Source: Verrucomicrobiales bacterium (GTDB lineage: Bacteria; Verrucomicrobiota; Verrucomicrobiia; Limisphaerales; JAYPEY01). From it: 64,000 bases of DNA. Shown here piece by piece: positions 49,658 to 59,227 of the stretch. The translations under genes were made by a program, and so were the position numbers. Below the pieces are notes generated by a model. It made no database searches, had not been told where the DNA came from, and saw nothing but the letters and a program-made list of their open reading frames with translations. Location: positions 17,906-81,905 of the forward strand of contig JAYPFK010000034.1 of assembly GCA_038126235.1 (NCBI GenBank), in the 5' to 3' direction. The stretch's first letter is position 1; every line of letters begins with the position of its first letter.

Positions 49658-50761
49658 ATGTTGAAAGCCGGCATCGTCGGGTTGCCCAATGTGGGCAAGT
49701 CCACCCTCTTCAACGCCGTCACCCGCACGCGCAAGGCGGAGTCGGCGAACTATCCCTTTTGCACCATCGACCCGAACGTCGGTGTGGTCACCGTGCCGGA
49801 CGCGCGGTTGGAGGAACTGGCGAAGATCGAGCCGTCCGAGAAGATCATTCCGGCGGCGTTTGAGTTTGTGGACATTGCCGGCCTGGTCAAGGGCGCGGCG
49901 GAAGGGGAAGGGCTGGGCAACAAGTTTCTCAGCCATGTGCGCGAGGTGGACGCGATCATCCAGGTGGTGCGCTGCTTCGAAGACTCGGACATTCATCACG
50001 TGGCCGGTTCGATCGACCCGATCCGCGATATTGAGACGATTTTCACCGAGTTGGTCCTGGCGGACCTGGAGTCGGTGAACAAGCAGTTGCACCGCATTGG
50101 CAAGGAAGCCCGGCGCGGCGACAAGACGGCGGCGGCGCAGGAGGCCGTGCTGAACAAGCTCCAGCCGCACCTCGACGCCGGCAAGCCCGCCATCACGCTG
50201 GAACTGGCCGACGAGGAGAAGGTCCTGGCGAGACAGTTCTTCCTGCTGACCATCAAGCCGACCATCTTCGCCGCCAATGTGAAGGAGGGGGACCTCGCCG
50301 ATGCCGACAACAACCCCCACGTTCTGAAGGTCAGGGAATACGCGGACACCCACATGGCATGCGGCACGGCCGTGATCAGCGCCCAGATCGAGGCCGATCT
50401 GATCGACCTGGCCCCCGAGGAGGCGGCCGAGTTCCTGGCCGACCTGGGCGTCGAGGAATCCGGCGTCGGCGCGTTGATCAAGGCTTCATTCGACCTCCTG
50501 GGATTGCAGACTTACTTTACGGTTGGACCGAAGGAGGCGCGGGCCTGGACCATTCACAAGGGCGATACCGCTCCGAAGGCCGCCGGCGTGATCCACACCG
50601 ATTTCGAGCGCGGTTTCATCAAGGCGGAGACGGTCTCCTATGACGACCTGATGGCCTGCGGTTCCACGGCGGTGGCGCGGGAACGAGGGCTCTACCGGCA
50701 GGAGGGCAAGGAGTACGTGGTCAAGGACGGCGACGTGATCCTGTTCAAGTTCAACGTGTGA
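49658..50761 (+). CDS. ychF: Redox-regulated ATPase YchF (Obg-family)
   Basis: '[16 protein letters not shown]', a TGS domain, and '[10 protein letters not shown]' are present. Confidence 0.95.
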   Translation: MLKAGIVGLPNVGKSTLFNAVTRTRKAESANYPFCTIDPNVGVVTVPDARLEELAKIEPSEKIIPAAFEFVDIAGLVKGAAEGEGLGNKFLSHVREVDAIIQVVRCFEDSDIHHVAGSIDPIRDIETIFTELVLADLESVNKQLHRIGKEARRGDKTAAAQEAVLNKLQPHLDAGKPAITLELADEEKVLARQFFLLTIKPTIFAANVKEGDLADADNNPHVLKVREYADTHMACGTAVISAQIEADLIDLAPEEAAEFLADLGVEESGVGALIKASFDLLGLQTYFTVGPKEARAWTIHKGDTAPKAAGVIHTDFERGFIKAETVSYDDLMACGSTAVARERGLYRQEGKEYVVKDGDVILFKFNV

Positions 50762-50836
50762 TTTCTTTGGATTGACTCTTCGTTGGGAGCGATGTTCGTC
50801 AATTTATGCTTTCTTGACAGCAATATCTTAGGTGTA

Positions 50837-51097
50837 ATGATGCCATACATGAGAACGACGGTCACCATTGATGCGGATACGGAATCATTGCTTCGTGAAG
50901 AAATGGCGAGGACGGGAGTGTCTTTCAAGCAGGCGTTGAACCAGGCCGTGCGGCAGTCGCTAGGGCGTCGTGGAGGCAGGGTGAGCGTGGAGCCGGTGTT
51001 TACCGCGGCGTTTCCCGCCGCGTTGAGCGGTCAGAGCTTCAATCGGTTGGCGGACGAATGGGATGACGAAGACACACTGAGGGAACTGGCGTCATGA
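50837..51097 (+). CDS. vapB: VapB-like antitoxin (RHH/CopG-like)
   Basis: 'MRTTVTIDADTESLLREEMARTGVSFKQALNQAV'. Its stop overlaps the vapC start (ATGA). Confidence 0.6.
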   Translation: MMPYMRTTVTIDADTESLLREEMARTGVSFKQALNQAVRQSLGRRGGRVSVEPVFTAAFPAALSGQSFNRLADEWDDEDTLRELAS

Positions 51098-51528
51098 TTT
51101 TGCCGGATTTGAATCTCCTGCTCTACGCCTACAACCCGAATGTGCCTCAACATGCGCCCTCCAAACGTTGGTGGGAAGGGGCGATGAACGGCGATGAATT
51201 GATCGGTCTGCCTCGTGAGGTTCAGTTTGGCTTCGTTCGCATCGCGACAAATCCGAGGTTGGGACCCGCGGCAGTGTCGGTCGAGATCGCGCAGTCCGTG
51301 GTGGAAAGTTGGCTGGACCTGCCGCAAGCGCGTTCGCTTACCGCGGCTCCCGATCACTTCGCCCGTGTCATGGGACTCCTGAGATCCGCCATGGCGGCGG
51401 GGGCGATGGTGTCGGATGCGATCCTGGCGGCCTACGCGATTGAGAACCGGGCGTGCCTCTGCTCGAACGACGGGGACTTTGCTCGTTTCCCGGGGCTCGA
51501 TTGGAGGAATCCTCTTGCTCAGGCGTGA
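51094..51528 (+). CDS. vapC: PIN-domain toxin VapC
   Basis: 'ILPDLNLLLYA' carries the N-terminal acidic residue. 'DAILAAYAIENRACLCSNDGDFARF' carries the C-terminal catalytic Asp residues. Confidence 0.8.
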   Translation: MILPDLNLLLYAYNPNVPQHAPSKRWWEGAMNGDELIGLPREVQFGFVRIATNPRLGPAAVSVEIAQSVVESWLDLPQARSLTAAPDHFARVMGLLRSAMAAGAMVSDAILAAYAIENRACLCSNDGDFARFPGLDWRNPLAQA

Positions 51529-51750
51529 ATGCTCAACGAGCAGGGCGTGCGGCGAACGGCGATTGGGCTCGTGGCCGGGATGTGGAGTTGGCTCTGTGAG
51601 CCGAAAAGCGCGGGTTTCGCAATAGCAAGTCCATGCGCTCACAGAGCGCACGCTACAGCCCCGACATTACTGGTTGAGTTCTGCGCTCATGCGGCAGCCT
51701 TGGCTCAGCGAGATTGATCCTGTCGTCGTCTCCGGCTACAGTCCCCACCC

Positions 51751-52836
51751 GTGAACCAAAAACTCCTCCTTCCCTTTCTCGTCGCCTTTTCCCTTTCCGC
51801 CTCCGCCGCGCGGTGGCGCACTGAGACCATTGCCGGCACGGGTGTTCCCGGGCATTCCGGGGACGGCGGTCCGGCGACGCGCGCCATGGTCAACAACCCC
51901 TTTGGCGTTTTGCGTGGCCCGGACGATCTGATCTACTTCTGCGAGTACGACGGGCAGGTGATCCGGCGAATCGATTCGAAGGGAAACATCACCACGATCG
52001 CGGGCACGGGGAAGGTTGGCTACACCGGTGACGGCGGCCCTGCCTCGAAGGCCACGATGAACAAGCCGCACGAGATCCGTTTCGATGCGAAGGGCGATCT
52101 TTATTTCACAGACATGGCGAATCATGTGATCCGCAAGGTGAACATGAAGTCCGGCGTCATCTCCACGGTCGCCGGAACGGGGAAGCCGGGTTTCTCGGGT
52201 GACGGCGGTCCAGCGACGAAGGCGGCGCTGAAGCAGCCGCACAGCCTGGCGTTCGGGCCGGATGGCCATCTTTACATCTGCGACATCGGCAACCATCGCA
52301 TCCGTCGAGTTCACAAGGACACCGGCGTCATCGAGACGATCGCCGGCAACGGACAACGTTCCAAGACGCCGGACGGGGCGAGATTCAAGGGCGCGCCGCT
52401 TAACGGGCCGCGCACCATCGACTTCGACAAGAAGGGAAACCTGTGGCTCGCCCTGCGCGAGGGGAATCAGGTCTTCCGCCTCGACATGAAACGCGGGACT
52501 ATTCACCACATCGCCGGGACGGGCAAAAAGGGGTTCACCGGGAATGGCGGACCGGCAAAGAACGCGACGCTTTCGGGCCCCAAGGGAATTGCCATCGCTC
52601 CCAACGGCGACGTCTACCTTTGCGACACGGAGAGCCACACCATCCGCATGATTGACGCCCGGACAGGCAGGATGGAACTGGTCTGCGGCACGGGCCAGAA
52701 GGGGGATGGTCCCGACGGCGATGCCTCCAGGTGTCGGATGGGTCGGCCCCACGGCGTGTTTGTGGATCGTGACGGTTCGCTGCTGGTCGGCGACAGCGTC
52801 GCGCACCGCGTCCGCGTGCTTCGGCGCGTCGATTGA
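51751..52836 (+). CDS. Secreted NHL-repeat beta-propeller protein
   Basis: Signal peptide, then six blades of the form 'IAGTGxxGxxGDGGPAxxAxLxxPxGxAxxxxGxLYxxDxxNHxIRxV'. Confidence 0.8.
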   Translation: MNQKLLLPFLVAFSLSASAARWRTETIAGTGVPGHSGDGGPATRAMVNNPFGVLRGPDDLIYFCEYDGQVIRRIDSKGNITTIAGTGKVGYTGDGGPASKATMNKPHEIRFDAKGDLYFTDMANHVIRKVNMKSGVISTVAGTGKPGFSGDGGPATKAALKQPHSLAFGPDGHLYICDIGNHRIRRVHKDTGVIETIAGNGQRSKTPDGARFKGAPLNGPRTIDFDKKGNLWLALREGNQVFRLDMKRGTIHHIAGTGKKGFTGNGGPAKNATLSGPKGIAIAPNGDVYLCDTESHTIRMIDARTGRMELVCGTGQKGDGPDGDASRCRMGRPHGVFVDRDGSLLVGDSVAHRVRVLRRVD

Positions 52837-52927
52837 GGCATTGGCCAGGGAGGGGCGAATTGTCCCCGATGAGCTGGCGCGAGTATGTTTGGTTGCCGCG
52901 GCCGTCAGAGGCGGCTGGACGGTATTC

Positions 52928-53107
52928 TCACCACACTTGCACGGAGTCCGCTTCGAAGAGTTCTTCCAGGAGTCGGTCGTAGTCCGGGGGGGCGCTGGTC
53001 AGGTCAGTCACCATTAGATTGATCTCGGCGAAACCGCTTTGCTCCCTGATCACCCGCTCGGCCAGGCTGTTGTCGGGGCGGGTCAGAATGTGCAGGATTC
53101 GCGGCAT
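52928..53107 (-). CDS. DsrH/TusB-like small sulfur-relay protein
   Basis: 59 aa, 'MPRILHILTRPD...QVW'. Positioned immediately after the DsrE and DsrF homologs. Confidence 0.4.
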   Translation of the reverse strand: MPRILHILTRPDNSLAERVIREQSGFAEINLMVTDLTSAPPDYDRLLEELFEADSVQVW

Positions 53108-53121
53108 GGAACTTCGTGACT

Positions 53122-53478
53122 TCAAAAACGAAGCATCTGCGTCGCGTGGGCGGAAAGGGCGGCGAGTCCGGCGGCATCGATGACTTCGAACGCGATCGGC
53201 GGATGAAGGGCGCCCCTTGCCCCTGCGGGCGATGTGTCGCTGTAGATGCCGCCGCCGGCTTCGACGAGGGTGGGCAGATAACGTTCGAAGTTCCCGCCGT
53301 CCTGCAGGTCCTCCGGCCATTCGGTGAGAGCGTTGACCGCCGGGCCGAGCAGGCAGACGGAGACGTTGGCCTCGCGCCAGGCGGCGATGCCCGCCGCGAT
53401 CCGCACCGCCTCCGCCGGGCGATGGCTTTCGCGCGGATCGCTGTCGATCACAAACAGGACTGAGGGGCTTTCGGACAT
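53122..53478 (-). CDS. DsrF/TusC-like protein
   Basis: DsrE/DsrF fold. The C-terminus 'QMLRF' and 'VCLLGPAV' parallel TusC. Confidence 0.6.
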   Translation of the reverse strand: MSESPSVLFVIDSDPRESHRPAEAVRIAAGIAAWREANVSVCLLGPAVNALTEWPEDLQDGGNFERYLPTLVEAGGGIYSDTSPAGARGALHPPIAFEVIDAAGLAALSAHATQMLRF

Positions 53479-53491
53479 GGCGTGCGACGGA

Positions 53492-53836
53492 TCAGTTGAA
53501 ACTGAGAAAGCGGTCGGTGTTGGCGATCAGGTCGCTGACGATGGTGAGTCCGGAGAAAACAGCCGAATCGTCCATGGGGATGCCCCGTTTCTCGGCGCCG
53601 AAGGCGCAGACGTGGAGCTTCATGCCCTTTTGGCGCAACGCCTGAAACCGTGGGGCTCGGGCCGCGCAAACTCCGTCGTCTATGCAGTAGCAGAAGACAT
53701 GGATTCCGGCGTTCAGCGCCGCTTCCGCCAGTCCGGCGCAGTGGTGGAAACCGGGGGATTCCGGGGGCGCCGACAGCAGTAATCCGAGTTTCTTTCCGGC
53801 GAGATCCATTGGGGGAGATTGGGGGGGCTTCCGCAC
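53492..53836 (-). CDS. DsrE/TusD-like protein
   Basis: 'LHVCAFGAEKRGI' parallels the TusD active-Cys region. 'FSGLTIVSDLIANTDRFLSF' is also present. Confidence 0.65.
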   Translation of the reverse strand: MRKPPQSPPMDLAGKKLGLLLSAPPESPGFHHCAGLAEAALNAGIHVFCYCIDDGVCAARAPRFQALRQKGMKLHVCAFGAEKRGIPMDDSAVFSGLTIVSDLIANTDRFLSFN

Positions 53837-53973
53837 CGAGTCAATTTCCCGAATTTTGTTGACGGGAATGGGCCGAAATCAATTTGATCGGCGATGCCAT
53901 TGTCCGAACCGCATGCCATTCAAAAGCCGAATTTCCGGCGCGCAACCCTTTTCCTGACCCTCGCTCTGAATTG

Positions 53974-56037
53974 ATGATGGGAACGGCGCAGAAAAAACGG
54001 CCCGGGGGCAGGCGGAAGAAGAAAAATGCCGCCGATCCGCTGGACGCGGCGATCGCGAGGGCTCTCGAGTGGTCAGATGAGGAGCAGCACGAGCAAGGTT
54101 TTTGGTGCGGCAATCTGGAGTCCAATTCCTGCATGGAGGCCCAGTGGGTCCTGGCCATGCACATCATGGGGCTCAAGGACGATCCCAAGTATGACGGCGT
54201 CATCCGTTGCATCCTAAACGAACAGCGGGAGGACGGATCCTGGGCCATCTACTACGGAGCGAATCTCGGCGACATCAACACGACCGTGGAATGCTACGCG
54301 GCCCTGCGTTCGGCGGACATCGATCCCGACAGCGAGCCGATGGTCAAGGCGCGGGAATGGATCTTCGCCCACGGAGGTCTGAAGGAACTGCGTGTCTTCT
54401 CCAAGTACTGGCTGGCCTTGATCGGGGAATGGCCATGGGAAAAGACCCCGACGTTGATTCCCGAGTTGATCTGGTTGCCGCCGTGGCTGCCGTTCAACAT
54501 CTACGATTTCTCCTCCTGGGCCCGCGCGACCCTGGTCCCATTGTGCCTGCTTTCGGCGCGGCGGCCCGTGACGCCCCTGGCCCCGGAGCACAGGCTGGAC
54601 GAGCTTTTCCCCGAGGGACGCGGCAACTTTGATTTCTCCATCCCGGCCAAGGCCGGCTGGGTTTCCTGGGAAACGGTGTTTCTGGGCTTGGACATATTTT
54701 TCGGGCAGGTCTACCACCGGTTGCCGTGGAAGCCGGGGCGTTCGCTGGCCATGGCGCAGTGCCGCGACTGGATCGTGGCGCACCAGGATGCCGACGGCGC
54801 CTGGGGTGGCATTCAGCCGCCGTGGATCTACTCGGTCATGGCCCTGTATTTCGAGGGCTGGCCCGTTTCGCACCCGGTCTTGCAGAAGTCCCTGCGGGCC
54901 TGGGACACGCATTGGTCCTACGAGAAGAATGGCGGGACCTACATCCAGGCCTGCATGTCGCCGGTCTGGGACACCGTCCTGACGCTGTTGGCGCAGGAGG
55001 ATTGCGACGAGACCATCGAGGGCCGCGAATCAATGAAGAAAGCGCTGGAGTGGACCCTGGGCAAGCAGGTCATGACCGGCGGCGACTGGCAGGTGCGCGT
55101 CAAGAACGTCGAGCCCGGAGGCTGGGCCTTTGAGCATGAGAACGCCGCCTATCCGGATGTGGACGACACCTCGGTGGCGGTGATCGTGTTGACCCGAATC
55201 CTGGAGTATTTGAAGGAGAACGACGGGGATGCCGAGACGATCGCCCGCATGGAAGAGGCGATCGACAAGGCCGTGAGATGGATGATCGGTTTCCAATGCC
55301 GCAACGGGGGGTGGGCGGCCTTCGACAAGGACAACACCTCGGAATGGGTGACCAAGATTCCGTTCTGCGATTTTGGCGAGGTGCTCGATCCGCCTTCGGT
55401 GGATGTCACCGCCCACGTTTTGGAGGCCTTGGGATTGAACGGCTACACGGCGGCTGATCCGGTCGTGGCGCGGGCTTTGGAGTATGTGCTGGAGGAACAG
55501 GAGGATGACGGAAGTTGGTTCGGTCGCTGGGGCGTGAATCACATTTATGGCACGGCTGCCGTGTTGCCGGGCCTGGAGGCCATCGGTGAGGACATGAATC
55601 AGGCTCATGTCCGCAAGGCTGCGGACTGGGTTGCCTCCAAGCAGAACAAGGACGGAGGCTGGGGCGAAACCTGCGCCTCCTACATGGACGACAATCTCCG
55701 CGGCGTCGGCGATTCCACAGCCTCGCAGACCGGATGGGCCTTGATGGCCCTGATCGCCACCGGCTCAGACGATTACAACGATTCGATCCGACGCGGTGTC
55801 GAGTGGCTTCAGGAAACGCAGTTGGAGAACGGCTCTTGGGACGAGCCCTACTACACGGGAACCGGTTTTCCGGGATACGGTGTGGGCCATCGGATCGACC
55901 TGCAGGGCGATCCCAATACACACCAAGGCCGGGAGCTCGCGCGCGGGTTCATGATCAACTACAACATGTACCGCCACTACTTTCCGCTCATGGCCCTTGG
56001 CCGCGCCCGACGGCATTTGGCCGGAGATGGGGAATGA
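53974..56037 (+). CDS. shc: Squalene-hopene cyclase
   Basis: The DxDD motif 'DVDDTSVAVIV', multiple QW repeats, and a length of about 690 aa. Confidence 0.9.
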   Translation: MMGTAQKKRPGGRRKKKNAADPLDAAIARALEWSDEEQHEQGFWCGNLESNSCMEAQWVLAMHIMGLKDDPKYDGVIRCILNEQREDGSWAIYYGANLGDINTTVECYAALRSADIDPDSEPMVKAREWIFAHGGLKELRVFSKYWLALIGEWPWEKTPTLIPELIWLPPWLPFNIYDFSSWARATLVPLCLLSARRPVTPLAPEHRLDELFPEGRGNFDFSIPAKAGWVSWETVFLGLDIFFGQVYHRLPWKPGRSLAMAQCRDWIVAHQDADGAWGGIQPPWIYSVMALYFEGWPVSHPVLQKSLRAWDTHWSYEKNGGTYIQACMSPVWDTVLTLLAQEDCDETIEGRESMKKALEWTLGKQVMTGGDWQVRVKNVEPGGWAFEHENAAYPDVDDTSVAVIVLTRILEYLKENDGDAETIARMEEAIDKAVRWMIGFQCRNGGWAAFDKDNTSEWVTKIPFCDFGEVLDPPSVDVTAHVLEALGLNGYTAADPVVARALEYVLEEQEDDGSWFGRWGVNHIYGTAAVLPGLEAIGEDMNQAHVRKAADWVASKQNKDGGWGETCASYMDDNLRGVGDSTASQTGWALMALIATGSDDYNDSIRRGVEWLQETQLENGSWDEPYYTGTGFPGYGVGHRIDLQGDPNTHQGRELARGFMINYNMYRHYFPLMALGRARRHLAGDGE

Positions 56038-56145
56038 GCGTGGAGCGGTGGGGCGAGCTGTCCTCGGTGAGCCTAAGCGTGCTTGGTCAAGGCCGGCTTA
56101 CTGAGGACAGTTCGCCCCACCTTCACGGCTTTCGATCGGTTTCTT

Positions 56146-57657
56146 CTATCGCCTCCGAAACAATCGTCTCCGCTCTTCAGCCGGAATTGAATCGATGGCG
56201 GCGCGGCGTTCTTCCTGGCTGAGCTTTCCGTCGCCGTCCTGGTCGTAGCGCGCGACCAGTCGCTTTAACAGGCTGCCTGCGGCTCCGCCATTCTTGCCCC
56301 GGTCGGCGAAGCGGTTGCGGATGGCCTGGGTCCCGGCCTCGCGACGGTGCTGATTCACCGCTGTGCGCAGTCTGCGGAGTTCCTCGGAGGTCCGCGTTGT
56401 CGCCATCAACGTGACGCTCCCCATTTCGTCAGTCGATTCCTTGCCCCATTTGACACGGCGGGGCGGGCTGAAGGGGTTGAAGACGTTGTTCTCCGAGTTG
56501 TCCCAGACAACCTTGGCGTCGAGTCGCGTGCCCGCCGGCAGTTCGACGAAGTCCGAGTAGTTGTATTGTTCCTGCCAGGAAAAATCCCACTTGCGGATCC
56601 AGAGCAGTTCCTTCGTTTCACCATTGGGCAGGGTGGCGGTCATGCGGATTTCCTTGCCCAGGTAGTGCGCGTGCGCCGCGATGGCGAACCCTTGGACGTC
56701 CACCGGCAGCTCGATGGAATCGGTCTTGGTGTAGTTCGTCGCCCCCGCGGGTATGTCGATGCCGGCCAACGCGCCGAATACGGGCGGCAGTTGGATGGCG
56801 GTGAAGTCGTTGGCGGGGGGCTTGTCCGAGAAATACAACCCCAGCGTCGAAACCTCGGTCTCTTCCTTGCCTGAGGGGTGGAAGTGCGAGGAGAGGATCA
56901 GGTCCGAGCCCTTGGGCAGCTTGTATGCGAGCCCTTCGGGCAGTCTGTTGGGAGTTCCTCCGACCGCCCAACCGCCCAGGCTCCCGCCGCGTTGCAAAGC
57001 CAAACCCATGCGCTTGAAGCCGGGGACGGGGTCGTCGGCGTCGAGTTGTCGGGCTTCGCCGGTGAGGTCGAGGAAGAACAGCGAATGATGCATTACCGAA
57101 CGTGCGCCGGGCCGGAATTCCACCGCCTTCACCCACTTGTCTTCCTTCAGGTCCAGCGGGACGACGAAGTTGCGGTAGATGTCCGGCCCGTCGGCCGGCA
57201 CGGTGTAGCCTTGGGGCATGCGGACGATGAGATCCGGCGTTCCCAACTGCCAGCCGTCGATGAACTTCGGCATCGGCGGGAGCTTGGCGGGATCGCCCTC
57301 GGGCGCGCCGTTCTTGTGCCAGTTCTGCAGCGTCTGGATCTGGAGGTCGGTGAGGCGGCGTTCGTCGGCGAAACGGTAATCGGTTGATTCGGCGTGCCAG
57401 GGAGGCATGTAGCGGTCCTCGGTGACGCGCGCGATCAGTCGGGCCCGCTTTTTGACGTCGTTGTAGTCCATGAACGTGAACGGCGCGGCCTCGCCGGGGC
57501 GATGACAGGACGTGCAGCGGTTGAAGACGATCGGCGCGACATGCTCGGTGAAGGTGGGGTTCTCCGGGACTGCGGGGGCGGCGGCAGCCAAAGGGGCGGC
57601 CAGCGGGAGCGCCGCAAGAGATGCGGGAAGAAACGGGAGAGAGGAGATCCTTTTCAT
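56146..57657 (-). CDS. Secreted fusion: c-type cytochrome motif, copper type II (PHM/DBH-like) monooxygenase-like core, and EF-hand
   Basis: Signal peptide. Heme motif 'CTSCH'. His clusters 'MHHSLFF', 'SHFHPSG' and 'AHAHYLGKEIRM', with spacing like the CuH/CuM sites of PHM. EF-hand 'DQDGDGKLSQEE'. Confidence 0.5.
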   Translation of the reverse strand: MKRISSLPFLPASLAALPLAAPLAAAAPAVPENPTFTEHVAPIVFNRCTSCHRPGEAAPFTFMDYNDVKKRARLIARVTEDRYMPPWHAESTDYRFADERRLTDLQIQTLQNWHKNGAPEGDPAKLPPMPKFIDGWQLGTPDLIVRMPQGYTVPADGPDIYRNFVVPLDLKEDKWVKAVEFRPGARSVMHHSLFFLDLTGEARQLDADDPVPGFKRMGLALQRGGSLGGWAVGGTPNRLPEGLAYKLPKGSDLILSSHFHPSGKEETEVSTLGLYFSDKPPANDFTAIQLPPVFGALAGIDIPAGATNYTKTDSIELPVDVQGFAIAAHAHYLGKEIRMTATLPNGETKELLWIRKWDFSWQEQYNYSDFVELPAGTRLDAKVVWDNSENNVFNPFSPPRRVKWGKESTDEMGSVTLMATTRTSEELRRLRTAVNQHRREAGTQAIRNRFADRGKNGGAAGSLLKRLVARYDQDGDGKLSQEERRAAIDSIPAEERRRLFRRR

Positions 57658-57683
57658 GGCTCAGCTGTGGGGGAGGGAATGGA

Positions 57684-58319
57684 TCAATTTGGTCTGGGGA
57701 TGAAGCAGCCGAGAGCTTCGGTTCGCGGCGTCGTGACTGGCTTGCCCGCAAGCAAGGCGTCGATGGCGTCGCGCAGGTCGTGCTGGGTCGCCTTGCGGCG
57801 ACGCTTGCCGTAGTCCGCGTAGAGATTGCTGATGCGGCCGCGGTAGGCGATGCGGCCCTTTCCGGCGATGACAACGGCTTCGGGCGTCACGTCGGCGGCG
57901 GTGGCGTTCGCCAGCGCGAAGTCCTTGTCGAAGTATGCGGAGCAGCCGTCGTGGCCGTATTCCTTGCGGTGCTTCCCGATATCCCCGGGTTTCAGGTCGG
58001 GGTCGACATAAACCAACGCAAAGCGCACGGGCTTGTTCTTGTAGTCGACCGTCATGCGCCGGATCTCTGGCGCATAGGCGTTGGCGATTGGACAGTCGGG
58101 CAGGACGAAGATCAGGACCGAGGCCTTGTCCTCGCCGGGCAGGAGGGGATGGCGTTCCTTTCCGTCGACGTCCTTCATGGCCAACCCTGGATCGGCGACC
58201 GTTTTGATGTCGGGCCGTTTGTCGTCGGCGAGGCAGGAGAGCGCGGTAAAGAGGAGACTGAGCGCGGTCGCTGCGGCGACCAAGCGGCGGTTTGCGAGAT
58301 GGCGCTTGTCGAAGAACAT
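57684..58319 (-). CDS. Thioredoxin-fold lipoprotein-like protein; hypothetical
   Basis: Signal peptide 'AAATALSLLFTALSCLA'. 'VLIFVLPDCPIANAY' resembles a redoxin but has a single Cys. Confidence 0.45.
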   Translation of the reverse strand: MFFDKRHLANRRLVAAATALSLLFTALSCLADDKRPDIKTVADPGLAMKDVDGKERHPLLPGEDKASVLIFVLPDCPIANAYAPEIRRMTVDYKNKPVRFALVYVDPDLKPGDIGKHRKEYGHDGCSAYFDKDFALANATAADVTPEAVVIAGKGRIAYRGRISNLYADYGKRRRKATQHDLRDAIDALLAGKPVTTPRTEALGCFIPRPN

Positions 58320-58548
58320 CGTTCTCAGGGACGGGTTTTCTGACGTTCTGTCTTGAGCCGAGGTTACGCCCGCATTCGGGAATGTGGAGCGGAAACGCGA
58401 CCCTTTCCCGCTTGCCTTACAATCGTTTTGCCCAATTATACGTGCGCATCGACCCCAGCGGTGGTTTGATGCAGCCCGGTTGTGAAACCCTGATTGAATC
58501 CTCGACTGGGAAGAGGGGTTTCAGCCGCCACCTCAAGGCAACCAAACG

Positions 58549-59223
58549 ATGCTCGAACTCTGGCAACACGCGATCTCCCCGATCAATCTCCCGTTCACGG
58601 TGTTGTTTGCCATCGTCATGGCCTACTGGTTGATGGTCATTTTGGGTTTTCTGGACCTGGACCATGCGCACGCGGATGTCGGGGGAGATGGCCATTTTGA
58701 AGCGCATCCCGACGGCCACGCGGATGCCGATGTTCACTTGGAGCATCCCGGCTTGGTGAGCAGTTTCTTCCAGTTTCTTCATATGGGGGAGATGCCCTTC
58801 ATGATCGTGGTTACGATCCTGTCCGTGATTCTTTGGATGGGGTCGATGTTGCTGAATTACTATTTCAATCCTGATGCGATCTTGACGAAGGCCGTGATGA
58901 TCTTTGTTCCGCTTTTCGCTGGAGCCGTGGTTGCGACCCATTTTGCCTCGATACCTTTCAAGAAGATGTATCAACTGATGGAGAAGGATTACGACAGTCA
59001 CCAACCGATTGTCGGCCAGGTGGGCAAGGTCGTCACCATGGAGGTGACCTCGGAATTTGGACAGGTTCAGATCATCCGCAACGGCGCCCCGGTGACGATC
59101 AATGCGCGGACAGCGGTTGGAAAGACGTTGAAGAAGGGCGACGAAGCCCTGGTGGTCGAGGTTTCCAAGGATCGAAGGACTTTTTCTGTAATCAAACACG
59201 AACCAACTGAACTGGAGGAATAG
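58549..59223 (+). CDS. YqiJ/NfeD-like membrane protein (flotillin partner) with a C-terminal OB-fold
   Basis: N-terminal TM helices, a His/Asp-rich loop 'DLDHAHADVGGDGHFEAHPDGHADADVHLEH', and a C-terminal OB-like beta domain. It lies 5 bp upstream of the flotillin gene. Confidence 0.65.
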   Translation: MLELWQHAISPINLPFTVLFAIVMAYWLMVILGFLDLDHAHADVGGDGHFEAHPDGHADADVHLEHPGLVSSFFQFLHMGEMPFMIVVTILSVILWMGSMLLNYYFNPDAILTKAVMIFVPLFAGAVVATHFASIPFKKMYQLMEKDYDSHQPIVGQVGKVVTMEVTSEFGQVQIIRNGAPVTINARTAVGKTLKKGDEALVVEVSKDRRTFSVIKHEPTELEE

Positions 59224-59227
59224 AACT

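Noticed and set aside
51736-52806. 356-aa minus ORF opposite the NHL-repeat gene
   Set aside because: The plus frame has a signal peptide and six regular NHL blades. The minus frame is a shadow.
56618-57874. 418-aa Arg-rich minus ORF overlapping the cytochrome c/PHM-like gene in another frame
   Set aside because: Its composition (R/P/G/A-rich) and lack of motifs indicate a frame-shifted shadow of the 56146-57657 gene.
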